This document shows, piece by piece, positions 53,701 through 62,700 of a stretch of DNA of 64,000 nucleotides. The stretch spans positions 879 to 64,878 of the forward strand of contig MGTV01000008.1 in the NCBI GenBank assembly GCA_001799635.1. Direction: 5' to 3'. The first letter of the stretch is position 1. Each line of letters opens with the position of its first letter. A program made the translations under genes and the position numbers. Source of the DNA: Elusimicrobia bacterium GWA2_62_23. Lineage in GTDB: Bacteria > Elusimicrobiota > Elusimicrobia > Elusimicrobiales > UBA9959. Below the pieces are notes generated by a model. The model did not search any database and was not told the origin of the DNA. It was given only the letters and a program-made list of their open reading frames with translations.

Positions 53701-56700
53701 TGGCATCCCGGACCGCGCGGGGAACACAACCTATGCCGGGCCCTATGCCGTTCTGTTAACTCTGGCCCCCGAGGCGTCCGATGTGGCAGTTTCTAAGTCC
53801 ACCGGGGTATGGCACAATACCAGTTCTTTTACCTTCACTTCCGCTTTCCCTACGGCCGTCTATTACCGCTACGCGCTTACCAATTCTCCGGCTCATGTCT
53901 GGACGTTCTCCGAAACGCAGTGGCTGTCCGGAGCCCTTACGCTGGAAATCCCCGCCGGCTCTTCCGATTGGTATTTCCACGCCCTTCCTTACGATATCCT
54001 GAACGGTTCCGGCACTCCGGCTTCGCTTGGTCCGTTCCGCGTGGAAACGGCCTCTCCGGCTCTTTCAGGTTTTTACGTCTACAGTTCTACCGGCGGCATT
54101 TTTCCGGAGGGGGAATTCGTGGACCTTGCCGCCGGGGTTACGGCCCAGATCCTGGTGCAGGATGTTCTTTCCGGCCTGCTGGTTTCCACTTCCGTACCGC
54201 CTGCCGGCGGAACTTACGGCCCCGGCGGTTTTGGCGTCCTGTTCAGCAAGGACGCCGGGCAGACCTGGAGTTCGGATTTGCCGGCGACCACCTTTAACGG
54301 AGCGCAGGAGTATGTTTTTTCCCTGGCCGCCTACGGCGGTAAACTTTATGCCGGCCAGGGCATAGGCACTGGGGACGGCGACGTGCTGGTCTTCGACGGA
54401 AGTTCGTGGCAGATAAGTTATAACGGCACACAGGAGGTTATCCGCGCCCTTGTGGTCTACGACGGCAAACTTTACGCCGGACAGGGCAGCGGTACAGGTG
54501 ACGGAGATGTGCTGGTATACGACGGCAATTCCTGGGCGGTGAGCCATGACGGCTCCCGTCCCTCCGTCCTTTCCCTCTCCGTATATGCCGGCCGGCTTTA
54601 CGCAGGCCTGGGGGGATCCACCGGGGACGGGGACGTGATGGTGTTCGACGGCAGCTCCTGGACGTTGAGCTACGCTGGCGCCCAGGAGGGCATTTACTGT
54701 CTGGCCGTTTATGACGGAAAACTTTACGCCGGCCAGGGTTACAGTAATACGGACGGGGATATTTACGTTTTTGACGGCGTCTCCTGGACTAAAAGTTTCG
54801 AAGGATCTTCATACTTTATTCGCTCGCTGGCGGTTTATAACGGGAAACTTTATGCCGGCCAGGAGGGGTCGTCTACTACTGGCGGCGATATTTATTCCTT
54901 CGACGGGAAGTCCTGGATTAACGTCTTCGAAGGTGTCGGCTACGGCGTACAATCCCTGGCCGTTCATGATGGCAAACTTTATGCCGGCTTGGGGAAAGAA
55001 TCCTACTCTACGGTCGCGGATATATATGTGTTTGACGGGGTCACCTGGCGGCAAATGCATGACGGACCTGACGGGTTTGGTTATTTCGCGCTGGCCCCTT
55101 ACAATGGGCGCCTCTACGCGGGGAGCGGCTGGAGCGGGGATATCCTTGTGTTCTCCCCGGCGGCGGTCTCCTCGCTGACCGGGACGGACGGCACGGCTTC
55201 CCAGCAGACGCTTTCAACCCGTCTCGACCTGCGGACCTCCACTAATACCCAGACCTGCGGCGGCATTTCTCCGTGCGGGGCCACTAACCAGGTAAAATTC
55301 TTTGCCATGGACCTGGCCGGCAACGTCGCCATGGGCGGGCCCTACGCGTTGCTGATCTCCAGCACTCCCTCCGCCGACGACGCCTGGGTTTCCGTCTCCA
55401 CGGGGGGGTGGTACACCGCCGTCCCGCTTTCGGTCTTCTCCCCGTTCTCACGGGCGGCCTATTTCCGCTACAGCCTGGACGCGGCCGCCTCCCGGGAATG
55501 GACCTTTGCCGAACCCGTGTGGTCCTCCGGGACACTTTCGCTGGGGATCCCCGCCGATGGTACGGACTGGCACGTCCACCTGCTGCCTTATGACCTGCTG
55601 GACAGTTCCGGCGCCGCCCGCTCTATAGGTCCGTTCAGGTATGACGCCCAGCCGCCGGTCTTCTCGGCTTTTGCGTCCTACAGCTCCACCGGGGGGCTCC
55701 TGGGTGAGGCGCAGTTCAATGACCTGGTCTCGGGAGTAACCATCCAGATCTCCGTACAGGACGTCCTCTCCGGTCTGCTGGTCAGTTCGGCCGGAGTTCA
55801 GGGCTGGGGACCCTTTGCTCCCGGAGGTTTCCGCGCCGAATACTCCGCCGATTCCGGTGCCACCTGGCAAGAGGATACCCTTTCTGTTTCTTTCGACGGT
55901 GTGTTCTATGAAATAACCTGCTTTGCGGTTTATAACGGCAAACTTTACGCCGGGCAGGGGCGATACAGTGGGGCGGGGGATATTTACGCTTTTGACGGGG
56001 TCTCCTGGACTTTGGTTTATAACGGTTCCTATGACGAGGTTTCCTCTCTGGCCGTGTTCGAGGGAAAACTTTATGCCGGTATGGGGAACGCTTCCTCCTC
56101 CGGGGATATTTACGTGTATGATGGCGCTACCTGGGTGCTTTCTTACAACGGCCAGGCGAGTTCCGTGCACGCGCTCTCCGTTTACGGAGGCCGGCTTTAC
56201 GCCGCTCTTGGCGGCTACGCGGGGGTGGGAGACATCCTGGTGCATGACGGTGCCGCCTGGAGCGTATCCTATGACGGCGATTTGACCTACGCTTATGCCC
56301 TGGCTGTTTACGAAGGCCGCCTTTACGCGGGTTTCGGCGGCAGCACCGGTGATGGTGACATAATGGCCTATGACGGCCATTCCTGGACGCTCAGTTACGA
56401 CGGTTCCCAGGAAGGCTTCTTCTGTCTTGCGGTGTACGACGGAAAACTTTACGCCGGTCAGGGCAACGGCAGCGGCGACGATGATACTTACGTCTATGAC
56501 GGCAGTTCCTGGAGCCTTAGCCGCGCCGGCAGCGGCTATATAGTGTATTCGCTGGCCGTTTCGGGCGGGCGTCTTTTCTCGGGCGGAGGTTTTCCTCCTA
56601 ACTACGGGGGCACCGCTCCTTCCGACATCTTCATCTATGACGGGTCCGCCTGGACCCAGCTTTACGACGGAACCGGCCTCTATGACACGGTTTCCGCCCT

Positions 56701-59700
56701 TGCCGCCTACGGCGGCCGCCTCTACGCCGGTATGGGTGACGACTCCGGGAAAGGCGACATCCTGGCCTTTTCTCCGGTTGCGGTAGCGTCCATGACCGGA
56801 ACGGACGCTTCCACTTCCCAGGAACTGCTGCGGCTTTCCCTGGATCTGCGGGCTTCCGTCAACTCGGTCACCTGCGGCGGCGTGGCGCCCTGTGCGGCCA
56901 CCAACCAGGTCCGCTTCAAGGCCTCGGACATGGCAGGCAATGTCGTCCATAGCGGTCCCTACGCCGTCATAACTTCCCCGGAGCCTGACGCCTCAGAAGT
57001 GACCGCTTCCCTTACTACCGGGACATGGAATACGGCCAGTTCCAGCGCGGTGTTCTCTTCCTCTTTCCTGAAGGCCGCGTATTACCGTTATGTCTGGGAC
57101 ACCTCCGCGTCCCACGAGTGGACTTATGCCGAGTCCGCCTGGACGTCTGCGGCCCATTCTCTTTACCTGACGCCCGTGCCCGGCGCGGCGAATTGGCTTC
57201 ACTTGCTTCCCTATAACGTTTCTGACAGTTCGGGCTCCCCGCGGGACATCGGCCCTTTCAACTTCGACGGCGATCTTCCGGCCGCGTCCTCTTTCGCTTT
57301 TAGAAGTTCTACCGGAGGCCTGCTCTCTGAACCTCAGTTCTCCGATTTGTTGTCAGGAGTTACCGTGCAGCTCTCCTGGCAGGACCCGTCTTCCGGGCTT
57401 GCCGTAAGCACATACACCCTGTCCGGCCTGCGATATTCGAATGACGCCGGCGCCACCTGGGTCCCTTACCAGTGGGAACAAATACGCACCGGGCTGGATA
57501 CTCACGTACACGCGATGGCGGTTCATCAAGGGAAGCTGTATGTGGGCACCGGGTCTGGGACAGGGCGGGTATACTCTTACGACGGTTACGCCTGGGCACT
57601 GGTCTATGACGGCCCGGACTCCTACATGAATGCCCTGGCCTCTTACAATGGTCTCCTCTTCGCCGGCGGAGACTCCGGCAATGTGATGGTCTATGACGGC
57701 AATTCCTGGAAACTTTCTTTCGACAGTCCAGCGGAAACGGTCAAATCATTCCAGGTCTATAACGGCAAACTTTACGTTGGTACGGGTTATAACACCGGCG
57801 CTGTTTACGCTTATGACGGCGCAAGCTGGGTGTTCAAATTTTCCTACGCCGACGAGGTGAGTACCATGGCCGTTTATGACGGCAAGCTTTACGCTGGCTT
57901 CGGCAACGACTCCGGCGAAGGCGATATCTACGCTTATGACGGCTCCTCCTGGGTTCTTTCGTACAACGGCTCCGGTTCCAGCGTAATGTCCCTCGCCGCG
58001 TACGCGGGGAAACTTTACGCAGCAATGATCACTACCTGTGAGATCTACCAATTTGACGGTACTGTCTGGTCCCTTAATTTCACCGGCGGCGGGAACTTTT
58101 TCCCAAGCCTGGTGGAACATGACGGCAAACTTTATGCCGGTCTGGGATACGGTTCCGGGGAGGGAGATGTCTACGAATTCAACGGCAGTTCCTGGAGCAG
58201 CTCTTTTAACAGTTCCGAAGACACGGTTGGCGCCATGGCCGTGTACCGCGGTGAAATTTACGTGGGGACCGGATATCATGGCCATATCTACAAGTTGCGG
58301 TCCTATTCTGTCCCTGAGGTTACCGGGGTGTCCGGCACTACGGAGCAGCAGGTCATGTCCGGCCTTGTTTCTCTGTCGGCCTCCACCAACACCGAAACCT
58401 GCGGCGGCGCCGCCCCCTGCGGGGCCACCAACCAGGTTAAATTCTACGCGGCCGACACCGCGGGGAATCTTAGTTTCGCGGGGCCGTACGCGGTGCTGGC
58501 CGCCCCGGAGGCTTCGGCCGCGGACGCAGCCGCGAATTTCTCTACCGGGGCCTGGACCAGCCGCAGCACTTTTTCTTTCAACTCTTCTTTCATCCAGGCG
58601 GCCTATTACAGGTATGTCTGGGACGCTTCGCCCGCCAGGGAGTGGGTTTATACCGAGCCGCAGTGGCTCCCTTCTTCCGCAACTCTTTCTTTTCAGGCCG
58701 CGGAAGGGGCCAACTACCTGCATCTCCTGCCTTACAACGTTTTGGGTTCTTCCGGGGCTCCCCGGGACCTCGGGCCTTTCCTTTTTGAAGCCGCTTCTCC
58801 CACCGCGGCGGCTTTCTTTACCATAAGTTCTACCGGTGGCGCCCTCAGCGAAGCCCAGTTCAATGCCCTTGTGGAGGGCGTTACCGCGCAGCTTACGGTG
58901 CGCGACCTGCTCAGCGGCCTCAGCGTTTCTACCTGGGCCGCCGTATATGAGGGTTTTGAGACCGGCACCCTGCCGCTGGGTTGGGAAACCGGCGGGAATC
59001 TGCCCTGGTATACGCAATCAGGGGTTCAGTTCGCAGGTGGCCACGCCGCCAGGGCCGGGCTTTTGGCGCCTTCGCAGGTTTCCTGGCTGCAGGCGACGGT
59101 GCAGAATTTCGTCCCGGGACAGTTTTCTTTCAGACGTTATGGACAGGCCGGCGATTCCTGGTTCAGGTTCTGGATAGACGGGGCCTCCAAGGGCTACTGG
59201 TTTGCGGAAACCTCCGGCTGGGTGCAGGAAAGTTACGCGGTTTCCGCCGGGTCCCACACCTTGCTTTGGCAGTATCTTACTAATTCCAATCCCGGCCTCA
59301 ATCTCCTTCTCCTGGACGATATCACTTTCCTGCGGCGACCTTCCTGGGCGGAGTACTCACTGGACGCCGGGGTTACCTGGAAACAGGCCGGGACCGTTTC
59401 CCTTACCGGCGCGGAAGGCAGTACGGAAGACCAGACCCTGAGCGCCCTGTTCACGCTGCGCGCTTCTTCCAATACCGAAACCTGCGGCGGGTCCTCTTCT
59501 TGCGGTGCCACCAACCAGGTCCGATTCTATGTTTCCGACCAGGCCGGGAACGTGAGGCAGGCGGGGCCTTTCGCCGTTATAACCTCGCCTGTTCCGCACG
59601 CTTTGGACGTGCAGTCAGGCAGGTCCACGGGCACCTGGTACAGCGTGCCCAAATTCACGTTCCAGTCTGAGTTCTTTGGCGCGGCCTATTACCGTTACGT

Positions 59701-62700
59701 CTGGGACACCTCCGACTCTTACGAGTGGACGTACGCCGAACCGCAGTGGGGAGCGGGGAACCTTTCACTCTCCGCGGTCACCTCCGGCGCCGGCTACTAC
59801 CTGCACCTGCTGCCTTACAATGTTTCCGACAGCAGCGGGGCACCCCGGCACCTGGGGCCGTTCTTCTTCGAGGGAGACATCCCTTCCGGGTCTTCTTTCG
59901 CCACCGTCAGTTCTACCGGAGGACTTCTTTCCGAATCCCAACCCACCGCGCTTTCCGCCGGGGTCACGGTGCAGTTCACCTTGCAGGATGTTCTCTCAGG
60001 GCTGTTGGTCTCGGAGGGGGGCGCTCCTTCGGAATATCCTTTCCAGGCCGGAGGTTTCAGGATTTCATACTCCCGGGACGCGGGCGCTACCTGGTCCTCC
60101 GAAAGTACGGTAGTTTCTCATTACAGTTCGGCTATTGGCGTGCATTGCCTCACGGTTCATGACGGTAAACTCTACGCGGGGCATGGGGAGGACGACGAAC
60201 TCGGGCAGGGCGACATTTTTGTGTATGACGGTTCCTCCTGGTCGTTGAGTTATGAAGGCCAGGAGGTCAGCATCCGCGCCCTGGCATCCTACGGCGGCAA
60301 ACTATACGCCGCACAGTACGGCTGGGACGAGGGAGATGGGGATATCCTGGTGTTCGACGGTGGGAGCTGGTCCGTCAGCTATGACGCCGTGGTCTACGGG
60401 GGTATCGAGTCCCTGTGGGCTTTCGGCGGGAAATTATACGCCGGTACGCTAAGTTGGGATGTCCTGGGGGATATCCTGGTCTTTGACGGCGGTTCCTGGA
60501 AACTGGACTTCGCCACGGGCAAGGACGCGGTGGCCGCTTTCGCTACCTACAACGGGGAACTCTTTGCCGGGGTCGGCTACGATGACGCCAACGGGAACGG
60601 GGACATTTATGTGCGCCGAGGCAATTCCTGGGAGGGTTCCTTCGACGGCAATGAGATTTCCATCCGGGACTTCGCCGTTTACGGCGGAAAACTTTACGCC
60701 GCGCAGTACGGCTGGGATACCGGAGACGCCGTGCTTCTGGTCTATGACGGGGAGCAATGGACCCAGCATTCCACTTTTGACGTCTATGTCGGCGTAGCGA
60801 GTTTGTCCGTGTATAACGGGCGGCTTTTCGCGGGTATCGGGGACTTTTCCTGGGATCCGGACGGGGAAGTTTACTCATACGACGGCGAGGTCTGGACCAG
60901 GATCTATGACGGCGCTAAGATGGCCATAAAGGACCTGGCAGTGTATGACGGCTCCTTGTACGGCGCCGAGTACGGCTATTCGCCGGGAGAGGCTTCCGTG
61001 CTCAGACTTTCCGACCCGGTGCGGGCCTCCATTACCGGCTCCGACGGCACTACCGCCGCGCAAACGTTTTCCGCGGTTCTGGACTTGTCGCCCTCGGCGG
61101 ACGGGGCCGTCTGCGCGGGTGTTGCTCCCTGCTCCGCCACCAACCAGGTAAAGTTCACCGCCACCGACAGGGCTGGCAACGTGGGGATCTACGGGCCGTA
61201 CGCCGTTATAGCCGCGTCGGCGGCCAGCGCCGCGGACGCGGTAGCGGAACGTTCCACCGGCGCCTGGCACAATACCCCCGGTTTCTCGTTCCGCTCCGGT
61301 TTTGGCGGCGCGCTCTACTACCGGTACGCCTGGGATACTTCCCCTTCCCGCTCCTGGACCGGCACCGAGCCGCAATGGACGTCCACTTCCCCTGCTCTTC
61401 ACGTGAGGGCCGCCGCCGAGGGCGCCGATCATTACCTCCACCTGCTGCCGTATAACTACCTGGACGGGGAAGGCCCCCCCAGGGACATCGGCCCGTTCCG
61501 GTTTGAAATGGCCGCGCCCGCGCCCTCAGGTTTTTCCAGCGTAAGTTCCACCGGGGGCTACATGTCCGAATCCCAGGAGAACGACCTGGCCGCCCAGGTG
61601 CAGGTCCGTCTTTCCCTGCAGGATATCCTCAGCGGGCTTTCGGTACTGCCCGACGCCCCGCATGGCCCGGCCGGGTTCCCGGCCGGGGGGTTCTCCGTGC
61701 GCTACTCTAACGACGCCGGCGCCACCTGGTCCGCGGGGGTGGCCTCCCTTTCCTTCGCCGGCCCGACCGAGGATATCACCGCCCTGGCCGTTTATAACGG
61801 CAAACTTTACGCCGGACAGGGTTACGACGACATGGACGATGAAGGCGACGTTTACGTGTACGACGGCAACGCCTGGGCGCTGAGCCTTAACGGGTATAAA
61901 GTGGCCATACGCTGCCTGGCCGTCTATGACGGCAAACTTTACGCGGGGCAGTACGGCTGGGAGTACGGCGACGGGCGCGTGTACGTTTTTGACGGTAATA
62001 CCTGGGAGATCTCCCTGGCCCCTTCGCTTGCGATCTCCGCGCAGGACCTGGCCGTGTATAACGGCAAGCTCTACGCTGGCCTTTACGGCTGGTGGGACGA
62101 TGACGAAGGGGATGTTTATGTTTTCGACGGTAAGACCTGGCGGATCAGTTTTGACGGCATCACGGACGGTATCGCCGCCTTGGCCGTATACGACGGCAAG
62201 CTTTACGCGGGCGAAGGCTATTGGGGCGACACAGGCGAGGGAGATGTGCGGGTTTTCGACGGTAATTCCTGGAAACTTTCTTTTGACGGCGGCGCCACCA
62301 CTATAAATTCCCTGGCTGTTTATGACGGCAGGCTTTTCGCCGGTCAGACCGGAGCCGGCGGGGACGGGGATGTCTATGTCTACGACGGTTCTGCCTGGGT
62401 GCTTTCCCTGGATGGGGAGACCGAAGGCTTCAGTTCGCTGTGCGTTCATAACGGCCGGCTCTATGCCGGTGCCGGTTACTGGGGATCGGAAGGCGACGGG
62501 GATATGTACGCTTATGACGGTGCCTCCTGGAGACTTGAATTCGAGGGGCCGGCCGCGGCGATACGCGCCATGGCGTCTTACGGCGGCGCTCTTTATTACG
62601 GCGAAACAGGCTATGACCCCGGCGACGGCCGCGTAATGCGCCTCTTGGATAGCCCCTCGGCCGCCCTGACGGGCACGGAGGGCACGGCCTCTCCCCAGAC

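Noticed and set aside
48440-62660. CRISPR array, or non-coding satellite, as an explanation for the regular ~123-bp periodicity
   Set aside because: The units are contiguous with no unique spacers. They vary mostly at synonymous positions and sit in a single open reading frame encoding a conserved 41-aa blade.
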